DNA from: a virus
Reading direction: 5' to 3' (one strand)
Length of the DNA stretch: 64,000 nt
Virus record (IMG/VR): IMGVR_UViG_3300020186_000396
Span: 1-64,000 of that record
The notes under the pieces are model-generated. The model was not told where the DNA came from, did no database searches, and saw nothing but the letters and a program-made list of their open reading frames with translations. Positions 9,654 through 18,714 of the stretch are shown piece after piece (within the stretch, counting starts at the first letter, position 1; each line of letters begins with the position of its first letter). The translations under genes were made by a program, and so were the position numbers.

Positions 9654-10556
9654 GTGAAGAATCAACAAGATTATTTTTATGGGTTGAATGCCAGCGATAA
9701 CTCCAACGCGAACGGTGTAACTGGTATTTCTGGGGCTATCAATGGACCACTTACTCAGCCTAGTATGCCGATAACTGGTAGCGGTATGGTTACTGTTGGA
9801 GCTACATCGATAACAAACCCTCCTTGGATTACAACTACTAACACTACGCTTCCGTACTATGGCGACCTAACTGGGGCCTGGACTACAGCTGGTGTGATGT
9901 GGCCCGGGATGGCTGGTCAACTTTACGAGGGCAAACCATCCTGGTTAGAAAAGTCTATCGATAAAAAGTACATCAAAATTTTGGTAGAAGCCAAGAATTA
10001 CAATATTCTTTGCAACATCGCAGATATTGTTATTAGATCGCATAGATCCAGTTTTCATTTATTAGAAAAAAGTATTCTTAGATCCAATGACTTTGAAGTG
10101 ATCGGTCTTTACATGAAATCTGTAAAGAACATCGGTGTAAAACATTTAACAAAGAATTTTCTACAGGCCTACAACTCTTCTACCGAAGAGCGTAAATCAG
10201 AAAGATTTACGAATATGGCTTATGAGTCACGTAGCAAATTAGATTTGAAAACCTGCTTCAAGTTCGCAATTAAAAAGAAGGATCCGATATACGTTCAATG
10301 GTTAATGTCGAGTCCTTATTATCACGAGTTTGATACTGATATGATAGATTCTAAAATTTCTAATAAAAACATTGATGCATTAGTTTCTATGTGTGGAGAT
10401 ACAAATCTTCTTTTTACTTTGGCTAACATTTCCAAAATGGTCAACAAAGAAAAAATCTATAGAAAAATTCGCAACCTTGGTGATTTCGATTTGGCCAGAA
10501 AGATGGTCGATAGTTCTGACGAAGATTGGGCCAAGAAGCTAGTGCATATGAAGTAG
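9654..10556 (+). CDS. Hypothetical protein (Thr/Gly-rich N-terminus, helical C-terminus)
   Basis: 300-aa ORF. Confidence 0.65.
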   Translation: MKNQQDYFYGLNASDNSNANGVTGISGAINGPLTQPSMPITGSGMVTVGATSITNPPWITTTNTTLPYYGDLTGAWTTAGVMWPGMAGQLYEGKPSWLEKSIDKKYIKILVEAKNYNILCNIADIVIRSHRSSFHLLEKSILRSNDFEVIGLYMKSVKNIGVKHLTKNFLQAYNSSTEERKSERFTNMAYESRSKLDLKTCFKFAIKKKDPIYVQWLMSSPYYHEFDTDMIDSKISNKNIDALVSMCGDTNLLFTLANISKMVNKEKIYRKIRNLGDFDLARKMVDSSDEDWAKKLVHMK

Positions 10557-10595
10557 AAGTCGAGAGTCTTGTTAAGCATTCAGCAATTTGAGTAC

Positions 10596-10685
10596 GGAGA
10601 TATGGCCGAGCGGTTTAAGGCACCTGTTTTGAACACAGGCGAAGGTGAAAGCCTTCCGGGGGTTCGAATCCCTCTGTCTCCTCCA
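10596..10685 (+). tRNA. tRNA-Ser (anticodon TGA)
   Basis: Acceptor GGAGATA/TGTCTCC; anticodon arm CCTGT-TTTGAAC-ACAGG; long variable arm; GTTCGAATC; encoded CCA. Confidence 0.93.
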
Positions 10686-10704
10686 TTCTTAAATTGGTGA
10701 TAAA

Positions 10705-11613
10705 ATGCAACGAGTATATGTTCTTCGTGGTCTTCAGGCGTCAGGTAAAAGTACTTTTGCCAAAAACTTAATCAAAACCGATTCTAACAGCTGGAAGCGG
10801 ATTAATCGAGATCTCATGAGAGAGATGCTTGATGATAGCGTTTGGTCTGCAAAGAATGAAAAGTTCGTTGTAAAGACGCGCGATTTCTTGATTGTTGAAG
10901 CGCTACGCAAAGGTCACAACGTCATTGTGGACGATACCAATCTTACTCCTAAGAATTTTGATGACATATGTAAACTGGTAGAAGATACCAATCTAGACGT
11001 CATTGTAACGGAAAAGAATTTTCTCGTTGATTTGGAAGAGGCGATCGTTCGTGACGCTGCACGAGCCAAACCGGTTGGTGAGGCAGTTATACGCGCAACG
11101 TACAAACGGCACGGAGTGAAGTACGACAAAGGCTACAACTGTCGTAGTAAAACGTTCACGAAGAAAATTCTTCAAGCGGCATACGCATTCGATCCGAAAC
11201 TGCCATCAATCGTTTTGTGCGATCTTGACGGAACGCTCGCCATCATCGGCGCTCGTAACGTTTACGACGCAGAGAAATGTGATGAGGTCGATATCCTGAA
11301 TGAACCTGTCGCAGAGACGGTTCTGAAGTACCATGCCGCTGGATACAAAATCGTTTTCTTATCTGGTCGCAAAGATACTTACGAGGCCGCAACGCGTCGT
11401 TTCATCGATAAACATCTTGGCATCCCGTACGAGCTGTACATGCGCAGCGCAAGCGATAGTCGTAAAGACTCGATTACGAAGGTGGAACTGTTCGATCAGC
11501 ACATTCGCGGCAAATACAATCCGTTCTTTGTGCTTGACGATCGTGATCAGGTTGTTCGTGTTTGGCGTGATCTTGGCCTGACCTGCTTTCAGGTCGCAGA
11601 TGGAAATTTCTGA
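10705..11613 (+). CDS. pseT: Polynucleotide 5'-kinase/3'-phosphatase (T4 PseT-like)
   Basis: P-loop GLQASGKS, NRD, DDTN; HAD DLDGT, SGR, DDR. Confidence 0.93.
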   Translation: MQRVYVLRGLQASGKSTFAKNLIKTDSNSWKRINRDLMREMLDDSVWSAKNEKFVVKTRDFLIVEALRKGHNVIVDDTNLTPKNFDDICKLVEDTNLDVIVTEKNFLVDLEEAIVRDAARAKPVGEAVIRATYKRHGVKYDKGYNCRSKTFTKKILQAAYAFDPKLPSIVLCDLDGTLAIIGARNVYDAEKCDEVDILNEPVAETVLKYHAAGYKIVFLSGRKDTYEAATRRFIDKHLGIPYELYMRSASDSRKDSITKVELFDQHIRGKYNPFFVLDDRDQVVRVWRDLGLTCFQVADGNF

Positions 11614-11615
11614 TC

Positions 11616-12002
11616 ATGTGGCCTAGACGTTATTACAGACGCCGTAGTGGAACGATGGTTCGTTACGAATGGCTTGCTGCCATTAAAGAGAAGAAGATAA
11701 AAATAGCTGCACCTTGGGTTCGCGTCGATAACCCAAAATATCGCCTATCGGTAATTAAGTACACTCGTTGTAATTACGAGAAGCATGTATCTTTCAATAT
11801 CAGGGCCGAGGTCTTCAGAGTTCGCGGAACAACGCGCTGGCGCTATATTGTTGGGTACAGGAATCACAGTGCGCGAGCTTATTATCGTGGTTTTTGTTAT
11901 TCCAAAAAAGCTGCCTTTAAAAAAGCAGACAAGCTTCTTGCAAAACACAACGTGCGAGGCATTGATGAAAAAGGCCTTGCCAGAATCAAGTTATTTACAT
12001 GA
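11616..12002 (+). CDS. Hypothetical protein (paralog family with 11999 and 37028)
   Basis: PW...W.Y...KADKLL pattern. Confidence 0.65.
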   Translation: MWPRRYYRRRSGTMVRYEWLAAIKEKKIKIAAPWVRVDNPKYRLSVIKYTRCNYEKHVSFNIRAEVFRVRGTTRWRYIVGYRNHSARAYYRGFCYSKKAAFKKADKLLAKHNVRGIDEKGLARIKLFT

Positions 12003-12361
12003 TTGGTCGATTAGATCGAATGTTGGTTACACCTTGGCAGGCTTGTGGCTATCGAGGCAAGGCTTGTCGCAGGCGACAACTTCTACTAGAGAATTCATCA
12101 AATTACTTAAACGTAAGTGTACATAAATACACTGGCGGTAAACGCTGGAATTATTCAATTGAGTTCCGTGACAGCGAAGCGCAAGCAAGCGGCGGAATAA
12201 TCATTGGAACATATTGCGCTAAAGGTAAAGCGGCTCGGTTTAATGGCTTTACGTTTTCTGAAGAAAAAAGTAAAGCGATAGTTGATGAATTTCTTACTAC
12301 CGTTCTTAAAATGGAACTTATTACTTTAGAACAAATGAAACGCTATAAGGTGATGTCATAA
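11999..12361 (+). CDS. Hypothetical protein (paralog family)
   Basis: TPW...WNY...VDEFL pattern. Confidence 0.65.
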   Translation: MIGRLDRMLVTPWQACGYRGKACRRRQLLLENSSNYLNVSVHKYTGGKRWNYSIEFRDSEAQASGGIIIGTYCAKGKAARFNGFTFSEEKSKAIVDEFLTTVLKMELITLEQMKRYKVMS

Positions 12362-13189
12362 ATGAAGCTATTGCCTGTTGTATTGGGCTTGTTAGTTATT
12401 ACTTCGTGTGCTGCTCAAGTGCAGACGCAGCGTATCGAGCTTGATACGGCTCCGTTACCGGCGTTACCGCCAACTGCCAGTAAAAGCACACCTTTCTGTC
12501 CTGAAGGGATGATTCACGTCAATGGTGAATTCTGTCCGGCTGTAGAACAGAAATGTTTGCAATGGACAGATAAGAACCAATCTGCCGGAGCGAATTCTGG
12601 AATTGGGCCGATGCGATGCGCTGAATTTGAGCCATCGAAATGCTTGGCGGCGCGCGAGCACAAACGCTTCTGCATCGATAAGTATGAGTGGCCAAACAAA
12701 GAGGGAGAGCTTCCGCCTGTCAGCATGGATTGGCATGAAGCGAAACAATCTTGCCAAAAAGTTGGCAAGCGTCTTTGCACAGCCACAGAATGGACTTTCG
12801 CATGCGAAGGCGAGAGCATGAAGCCGTATCCTTACGGCGATGGATTGCATCGGGATGCTACGGCTTGCAACATTGACCGTGAGTCAATGAATCCGTCGTT
12901 GCCGAGGTCAGAATGGCCGAAACACTACAAAGGCGTGCCTTCTGGCAGCATGAAAGCCTGTGTTAGTCCTTTTGGTGTGTTCGACATGACCGGAAACGTT
13001 GATGAGTGGGTTGTTAATGTTGGCGGAAGAACTGATGGAGACCCATACGTCAGTGGTTTGAAAGGCGGTTACTGGGGCCCGATAAGAGCGCGTTGTCGAA
13101 CGATGACAACCGTACATGGGCCTCTTCATTCGTTCTATCAGAATGGCTTTCGTTGTTGCTCGAATGCTCCGGAATTAAAATCGTTCTAA
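12362..13189 (+). CDS. FGE-sulfatase (SUMF1/PvdO-like) domain lipoprotein
   Basis: Lipobox-like ITSC; CIDKYE, RLCTATEW..AC, YPYG, DMTGNVDEW, GFRCC. Confidence 0.88.
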   Translation: MKLLPVVLGLLVITSCAAQVQTQRIELDTAPLPALPPTASKSTPFCPEGMIHVNGEFCPAVEQKCLQWTDKNQSAGANSGIGPMRCAEFEPSKCLAAREHKRFCIDKYEWPNKEGELPPVSMDWHEAKQSCQKVGKRLCTATEWTFACEGESMKPYPYGDGLHRDATACNIDRESMNPSLPRSEWPKHYKGVPSGSMKACVSPFGVFDMTGNVDEWVVNVGGRTDGDPYVSGLKGGYWGPIRARCRTMTTVHGPLHSFYQNGFRCCSNAPELKSF

Positions 13190-13199
13190 TGAAAGATAC

Positions 13200-13436
13200 A
13201 TGATCAAAAAAAGCTTATGGAAACTCGACTTAGTCCCGGCTAAGTTTGCTGATGTTACTGGCGAGCTTGAAAAAACTAATGTCAGGGTTGTCGATTCATT
13301 TCATTCAGAAGAGAACAGTAACATTAAGATCAAAGTTACGCTGATTGAGCTTGATTCTATTCTAAATATTGATGGCGTTGAAGGGGCTACGTATGTTCGA
13401 GACCAACAAAAAGGCAGTGGAAAAAAGAATCTTTAA
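13200..13436 (+). CDS. Hypothetical protein
   Basis: 78-aa ORF. Confidence 0.5.
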   Translation: MIKKSLWKLDLVPAKFADVTGELEKTNVRVVDSFHSEENSNIKIKVTLIELDSILNIDGVEGATYVRDQQKGSGKKNL

Positions 13437-13632
13437 TGATAGCAGTCGTCTATCTGAACATGGTGAGATTGTAACCGGTTACGTTAACCGGGAAGTACAT
13501 AACATGTTCAAAAATGTCGAAATTGATTCTTTAAGCTCAGCTGAGCTTAGAACACTTGAATCGTGTTTAAAATCAATGATTGCCGATATCTTCTGCGAGA
13601 AAATTGTTGAAAAGCTCAACGAGGGGAAGTAA
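13369..13632 (+). CDS. Hypothetical protein
   Basis: ORF abutting the next gene (TAATG); true start probably downstream. Confidence 0.55.
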   Translation: MMALKGLRMFETNKKAVEKRIFNDSSRLSEHGEIVTGYVNREVHNMFKNVEIDSLSSAELRTLESCLKSMIADIFCEKIVEKLNEGK

Positions 13633-13836
13633 TGGATGTTCTTTACTACGAGAGTCACGTAACGGTCGAACCAGTGTTCGATGAACGTCTCGAAAAATTC
13701 AAAGAGATCTGTGCTCCTCACACGTTCAAGCCTGCTAAACTTCTAATGAAGAAGCGTAGCTTTGATACTCCCGTTCGTTCTGAGTATGATACGTTTTGTA
13801 CTGGTAAGAACAAAAACGAAGAGAAGCTTCGGTTAT

Positions 13837-15006
13837 CAATCTCCAAAAAGAATACCCCTCCCTTTAGGGAGGGGATGAATTTTTGTTCCAGAAAAATATA
13901 ATGCGCTATATAAGAGCATAGCCATGAGAAGATCCTATAAATATAGAATTTATTTGAATAAAAACCAGCGCTTCGCGCTGGTTAATTCATTTCATTTCTG
14001 TAAGAATCTTTATAATGCCGCTCTGGAAGAACGCATATCTTTTTACAAAAGATATGCTAAATCAAAATCATATGTAGATCAAGCAAATCAACTACCAGAA
14101 CTAAAGCGTCTCTTTGAAAAAGAGACGCAAAATATACATTCTCAGAGTCTTCAGTTTGTTCTGAAAACTCTGGATAACTCTTTTAAATCCTTCTTCAGAA
14201 GGATTAAAAGCGGAGATACTCCAGGGTTTCCTAGATTTAAATCGATTGATCGATTTAAATCAATATGCTTTCCTCAATGTGATCTCAAGACCGGAGGAGC
14301 GAAGCTCCTCCCGAATGGGAGACTGAATATCAGAGGAATACCTGGAGACATTAAAATCAATATGCATCGTCCTTTTGAAGGACGATGGTTTAGGATGATG
14401 GAACTTCGTTCCATCATCCGTGGTAATGAAAGAGGTTATGCCAAGATCAATTCCGGTAGTCTTACCGGTCTTTGGAAGGAGTTTTTCCAAAACTCCTTCG
14501 CAAGAAAGTATAATGAAGAAAAGATCTCCTTCCTTCTTTATCTGAATTGTCTTACATATAATAAGATAGCCAATCAGAGATCTGATTGGCAACATAAAGT
14601 TGCCAATCAATTAGTTAAGGACAACGATGTAATCGTTGTCGAGGATTTAAATGTTAAAGGAATGCTCGAAGCCAAAGGCTTCGAGGTATCTAAAGGAAAT
14701 ATAGCGGATGCATCTTGGGGCAACTTTGTTGCCCTCGTAACCTACAAGGCTGAAAGTGCTGGTAGGATCTTGATCAAGGTGAATCCAAAGAACACGTCGA
14801 AGACGTGTTCTTATTGCGGGAATATTAATAAGCTCTTAACCTTACGGAATAGAGTTTACGATTGCGATGCCTGCGGCATCGCCATCGATAGAGATATTAA
14901 TGCGGCAATAAATGTTAGAAGGCTCGGGACGAGCCTTGCGATATCCGGCGAAATAAATTCGCCGGATACTTTCAGAAGCCTCGCCCTTTAGGGCGAGGTA
15001 GTTCAT
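13837..15006 (+). mobile_element. IS200/IS605-family (IS1341-like) tnpB-only element, copy B
   Basis: TTAT target; left hairpin CCCCTCCCTTTAGGGAGGGG; right hairpin CCTCGCCCTTTAGGGCGAGG then TAGTTCA(T); no tnpA. Confidence 0.95.
13924..14991 (+). CDS. tnpB: TnpB with internal inversion of the RuvC-I segment (predicted nuclease-dead)
   Basis: HTH-like N-terminus, GFPRFK, VVEDL, CSYC/CDAC, DRDINAA; GIDLG lies on the antisense strand (14385-14557). Confidence 0.9.
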   Translation: MRRSYKYRIYLNKNQRFALVNSFHFCKNLYNAALEERISFYKRYAKSKSYVDQANQLPELKRLFEKETQNIHSQSLQFVLKTLDNSFKSFFRRIKSGDTPGFPRFKSIDRFKSICFPQCDLKTGGAKLLPNGRLNIRGIPGDIKINMHRPFEGRWFRMMELRSIIRGNERGYAKINSGSLTGLWKEFFQNSFARKYNEEKISFLLYLNCLTYNKIANQRSDWQHKVANQLVKDNDVIVVEDLNVKGMLEAKGFEVSKGNIADASWGNFVALVTYKAESAGRILIKVNPKNTSKTCSYCGNINKLLTLRNRVYDCDACGIAIDRDINAAINVRRLGTSLAISGEINSPDTFRSLAL

Positions 15007-15025
15007 AGATAATGGGTTCGACGTT
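14919..15025 (+). ncRNA. Putative TnpB omegaRNA (right-end scaffold plus flanking guide)
   Basis: Three-hairpin right end conserved in five copies; TnpB omegaRNAs are known to derive from the right end plus 3' flank; boundaries are inferred. Confidence 0.6.
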
Positions 15026-15077
15026 TGGCGCTATAAAATTGAGGCCATTCTTCTTGACGTTAAGGTGAAAAAAGACA

Positions 15078-15395
15078 ATGCACTTCTGCGCTGATGAACT
15101 ATTTGGTTTGATGATGATCATTCCATTCTTAGGAGCCTTTGTTCATAAGATTCATGCATGGTACTTGAGAAAGTTTCCAAAGCATGGGCGCGTCTGTCAC
15201 GACCATCGTGAGCCTCGCGAATGCCCGGCTGAAATAGTTGAGACTGACGAGGAGCGACACGAACAAATTGCAATATCCAATGCCGAGTCTGAGGGCTTGG
15301 AAGCACCAGTACATCATAAAGATAAGATGTATGACGAACTAGTTAGACCAGAAGATCTTCCCTGGAAATTCTATAGCAAAAACGATAAAAAATAA
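15078..15395 (+). CDS. Hypothetical membrane protein
   Basis: Hydrophobic N-terminus. Confidence 0.55.
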   Translation: MHFCADELFGLMMIIPFLGAFVHKIHAWYLRKFPKHGRVCHDHREPRECPAEIVETDEERHEQIAISNAESEGLEAPVHHKDKMYDELVRPEDLPWKFYSKNDKK

Positions 15396-15441
15396 CACTG
15401 TATCTGTCGATAGGGCATGACCGGAAAACCGCTCATGCCTT

Positions 15442-16695
15442 ATGATTTTATTGGTACAGGATTTTCTGCGTACGCAAACCTTTCTTGCTTTGGAGCAGCT
15501 CCATGGCGTTGAGATGTCAGTTGATCGTAGATTTGGTCATAAGTTCAGCTTGAACTACAATCAGATTACGTCTACTGATTCGGATCCGTTAGCGCAACAG
15601 TGCCGTGGGCTAATTTTGTCTAATGGCTCTTCGTTGTTAGAAAATTCAAAAATGGTAGATGGTCGCGCGAATTTCTCGCACATATGTCCAGGTAGCACTA
15701 AAATACTTGCGTATCCGATGGATCGATTTTTCAATTATGGTCAGGGCAGTTGCGCTCCTATCAATTGGAACGACCCGGAGTTGAAAACGTTCGAGAAGCT
15801 TGACGGTACGTTGTGTATCGTTTATTTCGACTCAATCATTAATGAGTGGCATGTCGCGACACGTTCAGTGCCGGAGGCGGACATTCCACTTCTGAATCCC
15901 GAGTACACATTCAGAACTCTTTTCGAGAGAGGGCTGAAAAACGTGGGCAATGTTTCGTTTTTTGAGTTTGTTCGTGGGCTCGATCCAGAGAAAACTTACT
16001 GCTACGAGCTAACGTCGCCGTGGAATCGTGTCGTTGTTCGTTACGACGATACCAAAATTACACTCTTGGCTGTCCGTAATAATGTAACTAAATTGGAAAG
16101 CCTTCCGGAGAAGGAAGGCGGGTCTTTCGTTTATGTCCCGGTAGTACAGTACTACGACCTCGGAACCATTGAAAAGGTTGTAGATTTCGTTAATTTGCAA
16201 AACCCAATGGATCACGAAGGTATTGTTCTTCGTGACTCAAAATACAATCGTATCAAAGTAAAGAATGCCTCGTACGTTGCGTACAGCAAGGCGCGCGACT
16301 CCTTAGCAAAATCACCAAGGGCCTGCCTTGAGCTTGTCATTAATGAGAAGGCTGACGATGTCATGCCTTACATGCCTAACGAAATCGCTGAAAATCTCAA
16401 GAAGATTCAGTTAGCGCTTGCTAACTACTTGCGCACTTATGATCTTAGCTATCAGCTTCTTGATATGACAGTGCAAAACCGCAGACTAACAGATCCTTCC
16501 GTTATGGGTTGGAGCGATCAGAGACTATTTGCAATATGTACTGAGGAAATGGATATATGGAAGGGCCCGTGCTTTGCTATCCGTTCTGGCAAGGCGAAAA
16601 ATGCGCTCGACTACATTCATAAATCCAAAAAACTTGGAAGCTATACAAATGGTTTTCTGGACAATCTATTAAAATTGATAGGTTGCTATACATAA
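15442..16695 (+). CDS. RNA ligase 1 (T4 RnlA-like)
   Basis: QCRGLI, RFFNYG, EKLDGT, YEL, EGIV, KVKN. Confidence 0.9.
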   Translation: MILLVQDFLRTQTFLALEQLHGVEMSVDRRFGHKFSLNYNQITSTDSDPLAQQCRGLILSNGSSLLENSKMVDGRANFSHICPGSTKILAYPMDRFFNYGQGSCAPINWNDPELKTFEKLDGTLCIVYFDSIINEWHVATRSVPEADIPLLNPEYTFRTLFERGLKNVGNVSFFEFVRGLDPEKTYCYELTSPWNRVVVRYDDTKITLLAVRNNVTKLESLPEKEGGSFVYVPVVQYYDLGTIEKVVDFVNLQNPMDHEGIVLRDSKYNRIKVKNASYVAYSKARDSLAKSPRACLELVINEKADDVMPYMPNEIAENLKKIQLALANYLRTYDLSYQLLDMTVQNRRLTDPSVMGWSDQRLFAICTEEMDIWKGPCFAIRSGKAKNALDYIHKSKKLGSYTNGFLDNLLKLIGCYT

Positions 16696-16735
16696 TATTG
16701 TCGATAGTGCCTTACTCCATAGTTACCCATAAACT

Positions 16736-17419
16736 ATGGAGTATTGGCGTAATTTTGGTTTTGCGGTTAAAGACTACAAAAACCCTGATTATCAGAATAA
16801 TCTAAAATATATTGCAGATAAGATTCTTGATTTAAAGAATCCGTCGCTAGCTTATATGTTTTCTTTGGACGCCAAAGATTTCGATCTATCTCCTATGCAA
16901 GAGTTGATTATCAACTCAGGCAGCATACGATTTACGTATTTATATGCAATCAATATTGTCGGAGCCGATGTAGCTAGATTACAAGAGATAATTCTTGCAT
17001 CAAAACAAACGCGATACATTGTTAATTTCGCTTGCAGAGTTAAAAACATTGATGTTCGTAGGTTTGAGAAGATTGTTGCGTCAGCGAATTGTGCCAAATT
17101 TTCTTATTTGTTTCTTAGATATGTTGCGAAGACAAATGTAAGAGTTTTTAGAAAAACGTTATTCGAATCGAAACGTTCTAAATACTTATATGAATTGGCA
17201 AAGCATACCAAATCGAAACAAGAGCTAAAGAAAATAGAAGCTATTATCATTAAAAACAAAAGCAATCTTTATGTGCGTTTGTTCGCACAACATATACCTG
17301 GAGCGGATATAAAGTCTCTTGAGCGAAGGATTGTAAGGTCAAGAAACAAAACGCAAATTGAACGCTTTGCGAAAAACGTAAAGGGAGCAACCTGCGGTCG
17401 TCTCTTATCCCTCGCCTGA
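16736..17419 (+). CDS. Helical-repeat hypothetical protein
   Basis: ~28-aa periodic units (Y.FA..I.GAD...L...I). Confidence 0.7.
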   Translation: MEYWRNFGFAVKDYKNPDYQNNLKYIADKILDLKNPSLAYMFSLDAKDFDLSPMQELIINSGSIRFTYLYAINIVGADVARLQEIILASKQTRYIVNFACRVKNIDVRRFEKIVASANCAKFSYLFLRYVAKTNVRVFRKTLFESKRSKYLYELAKHTKSKQELKKIEAIIIKNKSNLYVRLFAQHIPGADIKSLERRIVRSRNKTQIERFAKNVKGATCGRLLSLA

Positions 17420-17425
17420 GTAAAT

Positions 17426-17914
17426 ATGGCGAGTCGAATAAGAAGAATGAAGGGCGCTCGCGGAACGCCAGCTCCTAGGGGACCGAATGGTGAGCCGCTT
17501 TGCCGATGGTGCAAAGGACCGGTAGTTCCACCTAGAAGTACTTTTTGTTGCAACGAATGCGTTCATGAGTGGCGTATCAGAACAAGTACAAGTTACGCTC
17601 GTCGTTGCGTCAGGTTGCGCGACAAAGGCATTTGCTCTAAATGTGGTATCAATACGTATACTCTCAGTCGAGGCCTTAGGAAGCCGCTTCCAGGCGAAAC
17701 AAAGGCACAATGGATCAGACGTGTAAAAGCGCTACGTAAAAAGTATAATTTGGGTCCTAAAAGAGTTACTCTTTGGGATTTAGACCACATAATTCCTGTT
17801 GTGGAAGGCGGCGGTCTGTGTGGCCTTAGCAATATGAGAACACTATGTGTTGTATGTCACCGTAAAGAGACCGCTGCTCTTAGAAAACGTATGGCCAAGA
17901 AAAAAGACAAATGA
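17426..17914 (+). CDS. HNH endonuclease
   Basis: RDKGICSKC, DHIIPV.EGG, NMRTLCVVCH. Confidence 0.9.
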   Translation: MASRIRRMKGARGTPAPRGPNGEPLCRWCKGPVVPPRSTFCCNECVHEWRIRTSTSYARRCVRLRDKGICSKCGINTYTLSRGLRKPLPGETKAQWIRRVKALRKKYNLGPKRVTLWDLDHIIPVVEGGGLCGLSNMRTLCVVCHRKETAALRKRMAKKKDK

Positions 17915-18128
17915 TACATATGCATTCCGAACGGCAAATGATGAGTATGAGGAAGATGAACATCCTCTGACCGAGGAGGAAAAAGCTTATTTCGCCGAGA
18001 TGGAACAGCTAGAGGCTGAAAACCAAAAGAAGCTCGACGCCATGAGTCCAGAGGACAAAGCAAATGCTGAGTATGGCCCATCGCATCTTCCAGCAGACGT
18101 TGATCCGGATCCAGACAACGAGTATTGA
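17847..18128 (+). CDS. Acidic hypothetical protein
   Basis: D/E-rich ORF; start uncertain. Confidence 0.45.
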   Translation: MLYVTVKRPLLLENVWPRKKTNDTYAFRTANDEYEEDEHPLTEEEKAYFAEMEQLEAENQKKLDAMSPEDKANAEYGPSHLPADVDPDPDNEY

Positions 18129-18530
18129 TCAGGGTGTGATTCTAGGACCGCACGAACGAATCATTCCACCAAATGCCGATTCGCCAATTTTACAATCCCA
18201 GTTATTATCCTTAGCATGAAGCGGGTCGTGGTCTTCCGCATCAGGCACGAAAGCTACCTGGACTGGCTTCGGTGCAGTTAATGTGCTACGTTGATTTGAT
18301 TTCTGGAACCTTCGACCTACAATAACTACGGTGTCGACATTTATAACCGGGTCTGAAACAGATTTCGTTTCAAATGGCTTAAACGGTTGAACTGTTACCA
18401 TTTCAGTTGATTGCGCAACGGCCGGTAGTGCCGAAGACATCGATAACACATACTTGGTAGCCGAATATGTGCATGAAAGAGTTCCGATAACAGTCACGAC
18501 GCCAATTGCAAGTATTTGAAATTTATTCAT
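18129..18530 (-). CDS. Hypothetical exported/membrane protein
   Basis: Signal-like N-terminus; starts 10 nt after the right end of mini-element C. Confidence 0.65.
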   Translation of the reverse strand: MNKFQILAIGVVTVIGTLSCTYSATKYVLSMSSALPAVAQSTEMVTVQPFKPFETKSVSDPVINVDTVVIVGRRFQKSNQRSTLTAPKPVQVAFVPDAEDHDPLHAKDNNWDCKIGESAFGGMIRSCGPRITP

Positions 18531-18540
18531 TACATCTTAT

Positions 18541-18714
18541 GTGAACTACCTCGCCCTAAAGGGCGAGGCTTCTGAAAGAATCCGGCGAATTTATTTCGCC
18601 GGATATCGCAAGGCTCGTCCCGAGCCCCATTGCTACTCTATATAACGCATTATATTTTTCTGGAACAAAAATTCATCCCCTCCCTAAAGGGAGGGGTATT
18701 CTTTTTGGAGAATG
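18541..18714 (-). mobile_element. Non-autonomous tnpB-element derivative (174 bp), copy C
   Basis: Minus strand: TTAT | left end...GCAATG fused to GGGCTCGGGACGAGCC...TAGTTCAC. Confidence 0.93.

Larger units (their letters stand above)
13632..15094 (+). pseudogene. Phage gene split by tnpB element copy B
   Basis: N-part MDVLYYESH...EEKLRL ends at TTAT 13833-13836; reading frame IDNGFDVWRYKIEAILLD... resumes at 15005-15094. Confidence 0.7.

Noticed and set aside
14260-14610. Minus-strand 116-aa ORF containing GIDLG as a separate gene
   Set aside because: It is the inverted tnpB block plus antisense flanks
15322-15331. 10-nt match (ATAAGATGTA) to the copy C guide
   Set aside because: Short, AT-rich and not preceded by TTAT; by eye I found no convincing in-window target for any guide
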